Origin: Conidiobolus incongruus B7586
Lineage: Eukaryota
Direction: 5' to 3'
Length of the DNA stretch: 64,000 nt
NCBI GenBank assembly: GCA_000697335.1
Contig: JNEM01013874.1
Span: 1 to 64,000 of the forward strand
In this document: positions 1 to 14,188 of the stretch, piece after piece
How the letters are laid out: each line of letters opens with the position of its first letter
How positions within the stretch are numbered: the first letter of the stretch is position 1
The notes under the pieces: model-generated
The model's input: only the letters and a program-made list of their open reading frames with translations
The model's database searches: none
Told to the model about the DNA's origin: nothing
Made by a program: the position numbers and the translations under genes

Positions 1-1449
1 AAAAATGGATTAAAATATAATGATATTAATAAAAAAATTAAGATATTAATAAAATAATATATATGATATTAAAAAAGAAAGAAAAATGATATAATTATAT
101 ATTGTTATATATATCCATTTATTTTCAAAACCTATAAATATATAACTCATCATAATTAAACATTAAGGATTAATATTTTAACTAATAATCTATTATTATC
201 AAATAATATACCTTAATTTTATAATATAATTTAAAATAATTTATTAAAAAATTATTTTAATTAATAATAAAAATATATATAATTTTGATTTTAATACTTA
301 TTTTTATAGGTTAATATATAATAGATATATTATATCTGATATATTTCAGAATTAAATTTATTAATAACTAGTTTTTCTTAATATAAAACCAAATATAATA
401 TATTTTAATTTAAATTTTTCTATTAATTATAGGATCATTTTTATTGTTGGCATTTATTAAACTAATAAGAATTTTTAACAATATAAATTTAAATTTATTT
501 TAATATTCCCACATATTTATAATTTTTTTATTGATTTATAATTAATTATAAGTAACAAATGTTAAATATAGTTTTTTAACTTCACAAGCTTATTTATAAT
601 GATATTGAGATTAAATGGTTAGTTTGTGGCTAAAATTTATTTATATAATAGATAAACCATCATTTTCCAATTTATCATAATTTAATAAATTTAGGATAAC
701 TGAAGTTTCTTGCTTTGTATTTTATAATTGAGATATTTGCTCTCAAAAGAAATGGTTTAAAATAACTGATAGAAATATACTACTCATGCCATCAGGTATT
801 TTAGTTGATTTACAAGTAAATGTATGCTTTAGTTAATTTTTATTTAATGGTTGCAAAAATTGGGAATATATAATAATATTAGCAATTTAAGAAATTAATT
901 ATATGATTTTACTTGTAGGATATAAATATAAATTATAAATTTTAATTAATCAAACATAAAATCGCATATAAATCTACTTAAAAAACTAACCTTTTTATAT
1001 TTAGAAAATCGGATATACGTGTAAAATTAATAACAATACTTTATAAGACAATAACAACCAAAAATCTCTCATCTAATTTGATAAAGCCAATTTTTTATAT
1101 CAGATCTCAATTTGAACCAAAATAAATTTCTTGGATATTTAGTTTGTATCTATTCATAATTTCTAAATGAATTCAACGGTTTTTAATTAATATGAATACC
1201 CACTATGTTTTGGTAAATAGATTGCAGAAATTCTATTGATTTGCTGTTTATTGTTATATAATTCAATCAATGGTAATGAATATAAAAAATAAAATGATCA
1301 ATGTGATAGTAATTAATGCCAAATAAAATATAATCAATTCATTTTAGCAATTGGTGATTTATTATCAGCTACTTATTTTTTAGATTGTTAAATCAAAGTG
1401 CTTTCTACTTCAAAGAAGGCACCAATTTATTATTCTGTTATTTATGAAT

Positions 1450-1947
1450 CTAGAATATGTCAAATTCAGAAGAATAGTAGCACAAATCAAATTGTCATTT
1501 CAAAAAATATCACCAGCGAAAATATAGAATCTATAAAGATAATCAAATTCATAATGTGTTTGTCTGTACAAAATGTACACTATCTAAATAAGTCGAATGC
1601 TTGAATCCTCTCAAATGCGAACAAAATTACCAAACCAAGCTGGTATAGATATTAAGGAACTTGTTCAGAAGCCTATTAGAAATGGTTGCCAATTATATCA
1701 AGATATTACAGCTGCACATAAGCAACCTGATCCAGAGACCCATCACCTATCAGATAGCTTAGAAATTGGTAAAACGAGATGTCTAGCTATCTGGGATGAT
1801 AGATGTGCTATTGCTTTAACTGGTCCAAATAAGTTCTTTTATCAATTTAGGAAGATAGACTACGCTGATTCAGAATCAGTAACAAATGTTATACAGAAGC
1901 TAAAGATGGACCTATTACCAAAAAAAGACACAGACCATTTCGTTTGA
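1450..1947 (+). mobile_element. Possible degenerate LTR-retrotransposon integrase fragment
   Basis: ORF 1597-1947 contains IKELVQKPIRNGCQLYQDITAAHKQP, loosely resembling the end of a Ty3/gypsy integrase zinc-binding region (V..Y...C..CQ..K..RH.P). It is intronless and isolated. No clear DDE core was seen. Confidence 0.3.
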
Positions 1948-2357
1948 GAAAGAATTTTGTATTTTATAATTCCTCGAAAGTCTTACTTTAGTGAATTTAT
2001 TGGAGAATAAACTATCAAAAACATTTTTATATGCAAAAATTAACTCATTTTGACCACTTCTATTTGCTATCAAATCGATTTTGAATATTGGCTTTAAATA
2101 TAATTTTATTATGATGATTCAATATACTGTCAATAATTAAATATAAATATATCAAAGGTATTTCTGCTGTATAATCAAAGATTGTGTTTTTAGTAAATAT
2201 ACAACTTATTGATAAAGTTATATAAATGAAATCAAAGTATAATCTCTAAATAGAATTATCCTTCATGATTGGAAACAACATTTGTTAATTAAGGTAAGAT
2301 ATTTGATGTATATTAAAAGTTATTATTAAGTTTATAATCATATAAATGATTTTTTAA

Positions 2358-5300
2358 TTACAGAAAAGATTCTTTTAATTGAATGGTAGACTGATGCTGA
2401 GCAGAATACGAAGATGTATAATTATCATCATCACTAAAGTCATCATCATCCTCATCGAAGGAATCTTCTGAATTGGAAGTATTTTGAATAATTGCCTTGA
2501 GCTTTTGCTGATTTTCTGCAGAAAGGGATTGGACGGCAGATCTAAACTCGCTAGGATGTTTCGTAGCAATTTCTAAGATCGAATTTTGATCAGGTTTGGA
2601 AAGCTTTAGGAACACTTCTAATATGAGTTTAAATAAAATGGCATGGATTTCTGGTTCGAATTCGTAAATCAATCTGAGGGTGATTAGCGCTTCTGAAAAG
2701 AGTTCATCAGTTGCAGTGGTATTGGATTCTTTAGATTTAAGCTGAGATGATATTCTGAAAAGGGCTATTTTACATATCTTTTGACTAATTTCTGCAAACT
2801 GAGAGTTTTTATCGTGAAGTCGATTGACTAAGAGTCGTGCACATTGGAGACCATTGGAAGACACAGTATGATTAGGATGCATAATACAATGGCCTAAACA
2901 TCCAATATACTGGTCAATAAGTGCATTATCCAAAGGTTCTTGCGTTAGCGAGAGTAATGAAACTGTAGCAGCCATGATACATTGACGAGCTACAGCAATA
3001 TCCAAATTGGATGGCTGAATCTTGTTGAAGTAATTCTTAAGGGATTTTACCATAAATTCTTTGGTAGTAGTTGGGTTGGATTTTATCAGAATGCACTTCA
3101 AAGGTTTGATGATTTTGAGGCCAAGAGATTCAAACCTAGGGTCTAAAAGAATGAAAGTGAACAAGTGAAGAGTAATAACATAAAAACTTTCTTTGGTTGT
3201 CATGCAAGTGATGGCTTCCAAAGCTTCAGCAGTATGATAGATAATATCTAATATCGTGTCTGAAGATGTTGTGCCTAATGCTGCTTCTTTAGCAGTATTT
3301 ATACCAGGAATAATGGTGCTAAGAATTCCGACATAGAAGCTATAAACTTGATATCCTTTATCTTGGTCTAAGGATTGAGTGTCTGATTCGCCATTAGAAT
3401 AGAGATATTCTTTGCCGTAGTTTTTCACAATTTGATTAAAAATCAATACGATATTTAAAATAATTTTTGGATTATTAGTAAGCTTATAACGTTCAAAAAT
3501 TTGTAATAACTCAAAAAATATTGAGTTTTCAAGGAAAAATCGACCAGCCATGGATGGGATAAAAATAGTTCTCAAGCTAGACAAGCATGCAATAGACGCT
3601 TCAGGGGAATTGATATTGTGTGAATTAGAATGATATGAAAGGTTTTCCATACATAAACCAAATATAATCCAAAATAGGTTGGTAGGCTGGTTGCATGGCT
3701 CGGGATGAGAGGGAGCAAGAGGTTTGATAAATTCAATATGATTAGTTTCAATTAAAAAGGTAGTGGCCTTTAAAATCAAAAGCCAATGCTTTGAATACTC
3801 ATTCAATACCCATGTGCGATTGGAGAGACTGTGAGTGAAGTCTAGGCCAGAAGTGAGGTTGGTGTCGCCACTCTCTTCAACTTGGTCCATTAAAGATACC
3901 AAATTAGGGTCAAGTTTCAAGTATGCAAAGTTTTTCAAAGTAGCATAGAAGACGGTTGATAAAGATTCCAAGTGAGGAGAGTAAACGGAAGAAAAACTAG
4001 GTTTGGTAGTAGAGTGGAGAATAATTCTACACCAAGCACTTTGTACAGCTAGATTTACTGGAATTGTTGAATATGCATTGAATTTATCTGTTTCACTTAT
4101 TGATGGGGCGTTTAAATGGTTAAGTTGCTTATTCATGATATGCTCTAAAGATGAGACTAGCAGCTTGATGAGTCTTCCAGCGGATTTAATTTCAAAGGAG
4201 CCTTTGATCAGATAAGTGGTAGCTACTTCAATGGCCTTTGATGTAACTTCTGGGCTAAATTCACCATTAATAGCAGGGGCCAATGCAGCTGTAATTTGAG
4301 GCTGATATTCGTCAATAATCATCACATCTGGCATTTGGGGAACAGGGATAGTATGATATTCTAGAATCAGTCTATGAAGTAAAAGATAGCCTTCTAATCT
4401 AATTTGATCAATTGAAGCTGTAGCAGCAGAAAAGCTCAACTTAATCAAATCTCCAAAGCGCGATATTAGGAACGAGTTCTGCTTTTTAGTTGAGTCAAAA
4501 GTAATAAATTGATTCATTATTTGTAGCGCTACTAATTGTGTTTGCCATCTTGAGCATCCTTGATGATTATAGAATTCTCCCAATGACGAATCAGGAGGTG
4601 TCTTGGGTTCAGCCTCTTTGTTGAGATTCAATGAGCCGAATTCTTCATCTAAGTCATTCGTTTCAGCAACAGGGTTGATGATGGACCCAATATTAGTGAC
4701 ATCGTGCTTTACAAGAACAGTGTGCAACACCTTAAACCATTGAGAATATTCTGTTTCCTTAGAATGGGCAATCAAGACTTTAAGAACTGCAATCACTTCT
4801 TCGAGATGTGGTTGCTGATCAAGTAAGAAAAACAATCTACTAATTAATCCAGTACCAGCATAAGTTAGTACCGCATTAGCATCTTTCTGTACTAACTGAT
4901 ATAAGCAATTAGCGGCAATTCGTTGTAGCTGATCTTCTAAACTGTGCATTTTAATACATAGATATGAAACTATTCGAGAAATATCTAATTGATTGAAATT
5001 GAACATAATCATAAGCTGGATACATTTAAGATATTCGATTGCCACCAGTTCTTCTGGATCGTTAAACAAATCTTCCATAATAGTTTTAATATATAAATAA
5101 ACCATACTGTTGCTGGATACATCAGGGCCAAGGATACTGATGATTGTATTAAGTGCCTTACCACAGCTTTGCTTTAATGAAAAATGGTTGAAATTACTAT
5201 GACTTATATAGCCTTTGCTATTGGAGAGGTGTGAACCGGAAGTTAGAATCTGAAACAAGCGTTGTAAAGATTGAGGTATATAGGAAGAAAATGAGAACCC

Positions 5301-8300
5301 TATAGAATTACAAATGGACGTTAAAGTTTCAATTGCATTCAAATGCACAAGAGGATGGGGATCTTGGAATAGTGAGAATAAAACATTCAAAACAGATGAA
5401 ATATTTGTGGCACTCAATTGGCTTCCAATAGTGGAGTAGATATGACCGAGACACAGCAAACTGGATGCTCTAACCATGGAGTCAGAGTCAGCCAGAATCT
5501 TGTCCAAATAGAATTTGATCTGTCTGGTAGCAATCGATTTAGTTGAATGTTTACAGAGTAAGCTAATGCAGTTTGCACTTAATTCGGATATCTCTGGATA
5601 AGAAGAAGCTAAACCAAGATGAATCAGCTCTTCAGCAGTGGTGATGGCTTTGTCTCCATTCAGCTTAGGAACCTTTTGATCTGTTTGTTTGTTTGAATAT
5701 TGATCGATGGTTTTTAAAGCAGATAGAAGAGCAAAGATAGAATTCACTAGAGGTCGATTGTCATCTTGAAGTTTTTCGGGTTTCTCTTTAATTGACTTGA
5801 CCAAAGATTCCAAGGCTGAGCTTTGTGCTGAAGACGATAAATAAGGGAAAACAATTCCAAATAGATTGATTGCAACATCTGAAAGACTGGAAACGGTCGA
5901 GCATAATGATATTATTTTGGAATCTCTTTGGTCACGATTTGCTTGCCACATGAACAAAGATATGGGATCATACTCTTTGGCCACAAAAGTAGGATTTAAA
6001 ACAAGCTGATCTAATATAAATGAATTGAGTTTGGAGCTGGTGTCAAATGGAACTGAAGATTTGTCAAAAAACTTGGTAGGATCGGGACACCAATTCGATA
6101 GACCAATATTTCTATGGTGAAAGCAACTTGACATAGCAAAACCTGACCCTAGCCATTTAATCCAGTCTGTTACAATATCTTCGTCAGTCCAAGTGACCAA
6201 AGATTCTTTTTGCAAGGAACAGGTGATCGCACTGAGACTTAATTTGGTTAGCAAAGGAGCAATTGACTCGTCACTAGGGGCTGATGGCAAAATAGAAAAG
6301 CACTGCATAATTCTCTTCCTAATCATATGTACATTCTCGCAGAATTTCTTTACATTTACTGAAGATGACTCTCTCTCGCCAAAATTGGCGATGGCGATTT
6401 GGCAATCCTCTACAAACTGGGATGATTGGACTAAAAGAGTGACAATCTGTTTATAGATTCTTGGATTGGTGATTAAATTCTGATTATAGCCAATGAGCAG
6501 GTAGAGAGCTTGAAGGGCTCCTTCATGAGATTGTACAGCTTCCAAAGCCTCCATTTGGGATGATATCTTTCGGAAATTGAATTCAGAGGGAACTTTTTGG
6601 ATGAAGGCATGGAAATGAAGCATGATTTGGGGAAGGTAAAGGCGAACAAAATTGGGACCTAAGCACATCAGTCCACTCATCAAAGTCCACCCAACTTGGA
6701 CTTTGGAAGAGTAAAATTGAAACATGCTTGGATCGATAGAGTTGAAAGATTGGAAGGATGCATTCTTATTCAGAATTTCCGAGCTTATAGTGTATATCAA
6801 CGAACCAAAATCGTCTGAAACTGAATGGGGGTGAATGGCGGTAGCACTTAGTAACGCACCTAAGGCATAGCCGTAACCAACTCCTTGTCTAATGGTTGAT
6901 GACTGAGATACTTCCGAATACAAGAATTTTTCATTTAACCAGGTGGTAAAGCGATGCAACAAATTGGTAATGACATTTGGAAAGCTGATGCAAAAGGTTC
7001 TTAGGCTCCACGAAGCCGAAATCTGGATGGAGTAGCCATGGTGATCCAGTAGAAGCATCAGTGGATCAATCACAGAGTCTTGTATCATCCCAGCTGCATC
7101 GCCCAAAACTTCGATTAAATGGCCTACTTCATCAATAGCACATATTATTCCCCAAGTACTAATAAAGTTACCAGACTGATCAGTCTTAGCGGTTTGATGA
7201 ACCCATTCAGTCATAATATCACCGAGTGTCTTGACAGCGTGGATTTGCCCTTGCTCACTCAGAATATTTTGCGTGATTTCCTGGAGAATCCTGCGACACC
7301 TTTGACGTGCAGCTAATGCTTCAAAAGGAGTGGCTGGCGTGAAGTGTTGACCAGGAACAAGCTTAGTTAATAAGTGTTTAACAATTTCAGCGTAATTTGC
7401 CTCAATAAAAGTGGTTCCTAATTTTGTGAAAAGGCAAATGTAAGTAGTAATAATGCCTGACAATGCATCCTGAGAACAGGATGGCTTGGCATAAGCAGTG
7501 GAAAGGACGTCTAAGACTTCAGATAAAGAGGGAATTGATGGTAAAGCATCTTTAGATGTGGCTGCGTTAGATTTTCCTTGATTTTGCATAGCTAACTTAG
7601 AAGATTTTTTTGGTTTTTCAATGAGTACCTTTGACATTGGTACTTGAGATCCAGCTATCATTGTGGCAATATAAGCTGCAAGACTTCTTCTTACTAAAAA
7701 TGATGCATTATCGAAATACTTGACCAATACTGGGATTTCTTCTTTCAAATAGAGTTGAGCGCTATTGGTGCAATGTAAAACCATTGATAATAGAATTTTA
7801 ATAGCAATTTCTTTATATGCATTGCACTTGTCAGTTAAAATTTGTTTGGCCAACTTGTAAACATCCCTGCATAGTGCTTCACTAAAACTTGATCCACAAA
7901 ATTCAACAAGTTTTTCTAAAGTAGATAGTATATTCAACCTTAGTGGAGTTCCTTCGGCACTCGTTCTCCAGTTTTTGAATAATAATAAGCACAAATCATT
8001 AATAAAGGAGCTAATCATACTTCCTTTAGATTCAATAATAATTCCTATGCACTCTATAATTGTGCTAATTTTGAAGTTACACTGATGTTTAAGAATTTAT
8101 AATATTCAGTATATTTACCTCTTCTTTTCTGAGCTGATAGCTTCTTTACAATTAAAAACATCTAGCAATTTTCCAAGAGTATCTGTGACATGAGTATATG
8201 AACTGGATGTCAAAATATAGCGAAAACATCTTGAAAAGCTTCGAGAGGCCAAAACAGAAGGATTCCAAGCAGGAGAAGATATAAGTTGTAAGAGCTGAGT

Positions 8301-8538
8301 CTCATAATCCTTCACTCTTGACTTGTCTCCAGGTAGCTAAAATATATTGTATTAGTGGATATAAACAATAGAATGATATAAACAAGTAAAATACTTGATG
8401 AATTTTATTAAGTTGAATTTCAACATCATTCAATGTACTAATATTTTTTAACTCTTCATCTAGCGATTCGGTTCTGCTAGCTTCAAAATTTTTAAATTGA
8501 CTAATAATGATCTTAGTGTCAGCGTTATAACTATTCAT
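2358..8538 (-). CDS. HEAT repeat-containing protein 5 / Laa1-like AP-1 accessory protein (about 2,020 aa). Exons 8538-8395, 8336-8119, 8064-2358
   Basis: 1886-aa helical HEAT-type ORF with HEATR5-like segments (DPHPLVHLNAIETL, RWQTQLVA, DLIKLSFSAATA, EYQPQITAALAPA). Two GT-AG introns (8394-8337, 8118-8065) join the small upstream ORFs in frame. Confidence 0.88.
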
Positions 8539-9785
8539 ATTTTAAATTAAATTTAAAATTTTATTATAAAAGATTACGAATATTTTTATACACTGAATTA
8601 ATAAGTATGATATATATAATTAATTTATCATTAATTAATTGTATATTGAATAGAATATTTTGGTATGAATCTGGGAAATAAAATGAAGAGTGAATGGAAT
8701 TGAATGAAATATTGAATTTGTGAATTTGAGCTAAAATGAATATCACCAACCATAATCTCCATACCAAATTTTAACTTACAGTTTACATCATTCCCAAAAA
8801 TAATTTTGATTTTGAATCAAATATTAATTTATGATATTAAAATATATTTTCATTTAATATTGATTTAATTTGTATATGTAAGTATTGAAAAATATTTACA
8901 AAGATATTTTTTAGAACGATTGTTATATTTTTCCAAAATCAAATTGATGTGAATATATGATTTTGGTTTTAAGTCTCCATTTCATTGATAAAAATCAAAT
9001 ATTCAATAAATTCCAACTACTTGTATATTTCTAAATTATCTACTATTTTCATATAATAAATTATTTGGTTATATTAAAATACTTAAGGGATTTATAAAAA
9101 TATATATAAGTAAAAATGAAATATACTACCAACACTGATAGATTAATTTTTTTGAATTTATAGGCAGGGATAAAATATATTTTTAATATAACTATTTAAT
9201 ATTCAACAGTTCATAATTCACCAACATAATTATACAAGAATGATATATTGCATTCAATCAATATTTAAAATTTATATTTTTCTATTTGATAAATATGATT
9301 GTCTTGAAGAATGATAGCAAATGATTCATAAAATCTTGTGGTACTAGTATCATATAAGTTAACTATTGGCTTAATTTTATAAATATCTGAATACTAATGA
9401 TATTGCTGTTGAATTCAATTGCAATTCTAAGTTGAACAATGATACTATTAATATTTTTATAGAAATATTTTGAATAATGTAATAAGAAATAATTGCAGAA
9501 ATAATTGAAAAGTTTAATATTAGATATGTTGAGAAAATTAAATGAAGCTTTATTACAGAATATTATATATTCTAAGTGATCCGTTTTTTAGGTTTAATGA
9601 ATATTATTACTAGTAATTTGAATTTCATCACAATATAAACCTATTTATAATTATTAATTCAAATATGAGTAATTTTGAATCAGTTTGTCCCATAATTAAA
9701 TATTAGAATAAAATTATGTTAAATAACACAAAATAATTGGGGATTAAGTAGAATTATCATATTTAGTAAAATTTTCAATTAAATA

Positions 9786-10544
9786 ATGGCACAGCAAACA
9801 GAAAGAAATCAAGATGCTACGGTTTATGTCGGTAACTTAGACGATCGCTGCACTGAATCTCTACTATGGGAACTGATGCTTCAAGCTGGACCTGTTGTCA
9901 ACGTGCATTTACCAAAAGATCGTGTTACTCAAACTCACATGGGGTATGGTTTCTGTGAATATGCTTCTGAAGAAGACGCCGACTATGCTATTAAAATTAT
10001 GAATATGATTAAATTGTTTGGCAAGCCAATTCGTGTGAATAAATCTGCATCTGACAGAAAGAACTTAGACGTTGGTGCCACTCTATTTATTGGTAATTTG
10101 GATCCCTCTGTTGATGAGAAGGTCCTCTTCGACACTTTCAGTGCTTTTGGAGTTCTTATTCAAACGCCTAAAATAGCCAGAGATCTAGAAACTGGTGTTA
10201 GCAAAGGATACGGATTTGTTAGTTATGATAACTTTGAGAGTAGTGATATGGCAATTGAAAGTATGAATGGACAATATTTAGCTAATAAGCCTATTACGGT
10301 TAGCTATGGCTTCAAGAAAGATGGTAAAGGAGAAAGACATGGGTCTGAAGCCGAAAGATTACTTGCTGCCCAAGCTAAAAGGAATCAACCTGCTCAACCT
10401 GTCTATCCTCCATATATGGGTGCTGTACCCCCTGTAGTTGGTGGAATGCCTATGCCCGTCAATGGAATGATGCCACCACCACCACCTGTTCCTCCGATGG
10501 GCCATCCTGGAATGATGTATCACCCTCCTCCTCCCCCTTATTAA
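9786..10544 (+). CDS. SF3B4: Splicing factor 3B subunit 4 (SAP49/Hsh49)
   Basis: [14 protein letters not shown], two RRMs, [20 protein letters not shown] and a Pro-rich tail, matching the SAP49 signature. Confidence 0.97.
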   Translation: MAQQTERNQDATVYVGNLDDRCTESLLWELMLQAGPVVNVHLPKDRVTQTHMGYGFCEYASEEDADYAIKIMNMIKLFGKPIRVNKSASDRKNLDVGATLFIGNLDPSVDEKVLFDTFSAFGVLIQTPKIARDLETGVSKGYGFVSYDNFESSDMAIESMNGQYLANKPITVSYGFKKDGKGERHGSEAERLLAAQAKRNQPAQPVYPPYMGAVPPVVGGMPMPVNGMMPPPPPVPPMGHPGMMYHPPPPPY

Positions 10545-11583
10545 CCTTTATTTTTCATAACTTGCATATTGTAGTTTTATAAACCATATATTTAAATCAT
10601 AAGACAATATTTTAAATAAATTACATTTCATTCCATTCAATACCTTTGAGAATAAATAGTATAATATGATTTTTAACACTATGATAATTGATTTGAAACA
10701 TGGTTTTACACTTAATAACTCATCAATTTATTACTCTCAGATTAATATCATCTTATATAGGATTTGAATATTAATTATGTTTATTTAAATTGAAAATATA
10801 ATGTGAATAACCTGATTTTGTTATCATCATCTATTAGTCTGATTAGTCAGCTATTGAAAAGAGCAACTGAATATAAATTTTAAAATTTTTATATTAGTGA
10901 AAATTTCTTGTATGTTTATAACAAAGATTATTAAGATTAGTATTTTGATTGTGTTAATAATTAGTATATACTAATGCATTATAATTGAATTTCAAAATTT
11001 TAAATTATTCTCAACAGTTTATAAATTATTACCACTTGTTTAGAATAATATACTCAGCTCAAGTAATATTTATTACAAAAACTACAACCAGATTTATATC
11101 ATTTATCATCAATCATTTAATAAAAATTATAATGGAATCTTGTATTGAGTGTAAAAGTCTTTTTTATCAGTCTGAATTGTATTTTTATCATTTAAGTGTT
11201 TAAATATAATATTTACAATTATCACAATTATTAATAATGATTATTGATGACTTATCATTATTTTAGAATTATAACATGAATGTATTGAAGATTATATATA
11301 ATTAAATAATAGACTGAATAAAATATTAAACAAAAATAAAATCTTATTTTGATCCTTTAAACAACATTATAATTATTATATAATTCTATAATATTAAAAA
11401 TAGCAATTATTATTTAACAATCCTCTAATTCATAATAGTACCTAAATTTGGAAATGGGCTTAAATTGATATTAACCAATCAAGCGAACTGAACAGGGAAG
11501 AGTGACGAGATACCTATAAATATGGAAAAGTTAATCAAATTTCAAGTTTAATAAATTATTCTATAATTAAAATTATCATTCAC

Positions 11584-12496
11584 ATGTCACGGTTTAATAA
11601 GAGACAAAGTCCAAGGTTAAAGACCACTCCGAATAAAACAAATGCAGCCTCTACTCCCACTAAAAATACCAGGTCTAATTCTAAAAAAGCATCATTCATG
11701 GTGTCTCCAATTACAGAGGAAAAATCCACCACTCAAACTCATTCTGATAAACAAACCAGAACTCCTAGTAAAGATGTTCAGAAAGATAACTCTAACAAAC
11801 ACGAAAGACACATTTCATTCTCTGAAATCGAAATATCTCCAGTAAAAATACCCTCAACTAACAATATTCTGGATCAGTTTTTCTTAATTGAAGCTCAAGT
11901 TAAGAACCAAATTGATCAGCATGAACCACCCTCTAAAGAATTTAAAGAATTAAGCTTTATTACAGCTGCCTCCAAATTTAACGGAAAACAACCTACTACA
12001 ATGTCTTCCACTCCTCTTAAATCTGCTTCTAGCAAAAATTTCCAAGATTTCTTACAGAGTGTTGATAAAGATATAAGCCTCATTGAAAATTCTACAATGT
12101 CTCTCAATGGAGACCTGGATATCGATAAACAAAATAAACAAGAATTTCCAGCTAAAAGGAGCTCAGCCCGTTTGAGAAATTTGTCCAAAACTAAGAATAT
12201 TGAGACACCGACTAAAAAATCCAAAATAAATGAATCAACAATTTCTTCTCCTCTAAAGAGCAAGAATGTAAATAAGATCCAGAAGCATCGAAACAGTAAA
12301 GCTGATGGCAATAAGAAAACTAATGAGAAAATCACAAAAAAGAAAACTGGCCGCCCACCCAAGGTAATTTTAATATATTTCAATCTAACAATGATATTTA
12401 CTAAATTTATAGCAAGTCATTGAAATAAACGAAAAACAACGAGAAGACTTATTTAAACGATTGGAAAACTTTAAATTCATTGAAGAGGTTTTATAA
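11584..12496 (+). CDS. Basic S/T/K-rich disordered protein (287 aa) with a sororin-like C-terminal helix. Exons 11584-12363, 12413-12496
   Basis: Intron GTAATT...ACTAA...TAG at 12364-12412 gives the in-frame end QVIEINEKQREDLFKRLENFKFIEEVL*. Many S/T-P sites. The gene is well supported; the function is inferred. Confidence 0.75.
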
Positions 12497-13123
12497 TTCA
12501 TTTTGCATTTTCATTCCTATCAATATTACCTCAAAAAAATTATTATCGATTGGGTACTAAGAATTCTTAATTTCTAACTATAAGCTTGATTAAACAATTT
12601 ATATTTATCAAGTTTGGAATTTATGATTTTGATCTTCCAGTTCAGAGCATCAGAGCTCTATAACTATGACTCAAATATATTAAAATTAGCTCATTATACA
12701 ATTATTTTGCTAATAAACAAAGCCTGTATTACTATTTGAGAAATGAATTGATCACCTTTTACATAATTTCATTCTGTTTATTAATATATTCCAGTTGAGG
12801 TTTAGAATAGATCAAGGAATTAGTTTTATGTAAGAATGGAAAATTTTATTGGGCTTGCTGAATATTAGAATTTTGATAAATGAGATATAAAATGTGGTTG
12901 TTAGTAGAGTTATTATTTGAAGGAATTACGCAAAAGTAATATATACTTTAGTAGACAATTTTAATGAATACAAAATAGTTTAAATATTAAATAATTACAT
13001 GTACAGTAGATCAATTTTTTTCAAGATTTGAAATTTTATATTATTTACAATAATGTTAATACTTTGACCCTATGATAATATTTTCTGGGAAATATAATGA
13101 ATATAGCTTGGAAATATAAAAAT

Positions 13124-14188
13124 TTAACGTATCTTCTTGGCCATTTCGTTTACTTTAGATATGTTAGCCTCTGTATTATCTACATCAGCGCTAAATTCAT
13201 TCAATAACTGATTGTGATAATCAAGCTCTTCTCCAATTTGGCCTCCCATTTGCTTTTGTCTTTGTAAAATGGAAATAAACTGGCCAACATATTCATCCTG
13301 TTCAACCATTTTATCCTTTTGAAGTTGGAGCAAATCTGCATTATCCAATTGACGTGTTTCTGCTGTCTCTTTAGGATCGGGTCTTCTACCAAATACTCGG
13401 CTGGATTGAATGGGTGAGGTGACTCGAAACAATTCAGAGCGATCGGATTCAGTTGCAGCTCCTAGCGCTCTTGAAGAAGAATGGTCAGAAACATTCTTTT
13501 GAGCCAATTGCATAAGTGCATGTTTTTCATTTTCTAAATGAGATAAGAGGTTACGACGTCTTAAAAGTTCACCTTCAGAGAGAGAGGGATTGGGGCCTTT
13601 TGCTAATGCTGCTAAAGACAAATCTAGCTGAGTAAGCTGAGAATTTAGGCCTACCAGTTGTCTTCTGGCTTGCGCAGCCAAGTGGTGAGCTAATGACTGA
13701 TCCCCTTTTGAGAATGCTGCTTCTCTTTTAATTAAGGTTGAGCGAATGTCTCTCACTAATTCCTGTAATACTGAATGTTGATTTAACCAACCTTTACTAG
13801 AATATTCTTCATTTTGGTTATTTGTCCTATTTGAGGGTATCTGTAAAAATTGAGCCCATTCCTTTGTATTACGCCAGCTTTCATCCTTATTCAGTAAAAT
13901 TTCTCTTAAAAATGCTTGCAATCCAACCCGTCGCTGATGAACAAGTGCTTCATCGTCGTAGCTGATACATGTAAAGGCAGTTTTAGGTGGAAGTTGACAC
14001 GGAATAGGTTTATTGGGCACTGCACGCTTCAAGTCATTTACAAGTTGAACAAATTCACTGTAACGATGCCAAACAGTCCAAGAACGTACAGCAGCTCTGA
14101 CTGTTAAGCGATAACTCACATGGTTAGATGGAATTGTCCTCAATTCTGAACGTTCTATTAAAATAGATTCAACTCTTTCCAATACCAT
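13124..14188 (-). CDS. VAM7: PX-domain Qc-SNARE, Vam7-like
   Basis: N-terminal PX domain (HVSYRLTV...WHRYSEF...LPPK...QRRVGLQAFL) and a C-terminal SNARE helix (EQDEYVGQFISILQRQKQMGGQIGEELDYHNQLL) with no TM segment. First ATG is at 14188. Confidence 0.9.
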   Translation of the reverse strand: MVLERVESILIERSELRTIPSNHVSYRLTVRAAVRSWTVWHRYSEFVQLVNDLKRAVPNKPIPCQLPPKTAFTCISYDDEALVHQRRVGLQAFLREILLNKDESWRNTKEWAQFLQIPSNRTNNQNEEYSSKGWLNQHSVLQELVRDIRSTLIKREAAFSKGDQSLAHHLAAQARRQLVGLNSQLTQLDLSLAALAKGPNPSLSEGELLRRRNLLSHLENEKHALMQLAQKNVSDHSSSRALGAATESDRSELFRVTSPIQSSRVFGRRPDPKETAETRQLDNADLLQLQKDKMVEQDEYVGQFISILQRQKQMGGQIGEELDYHNQLLNEFSADVDNTEANISKVNEMAKKIR

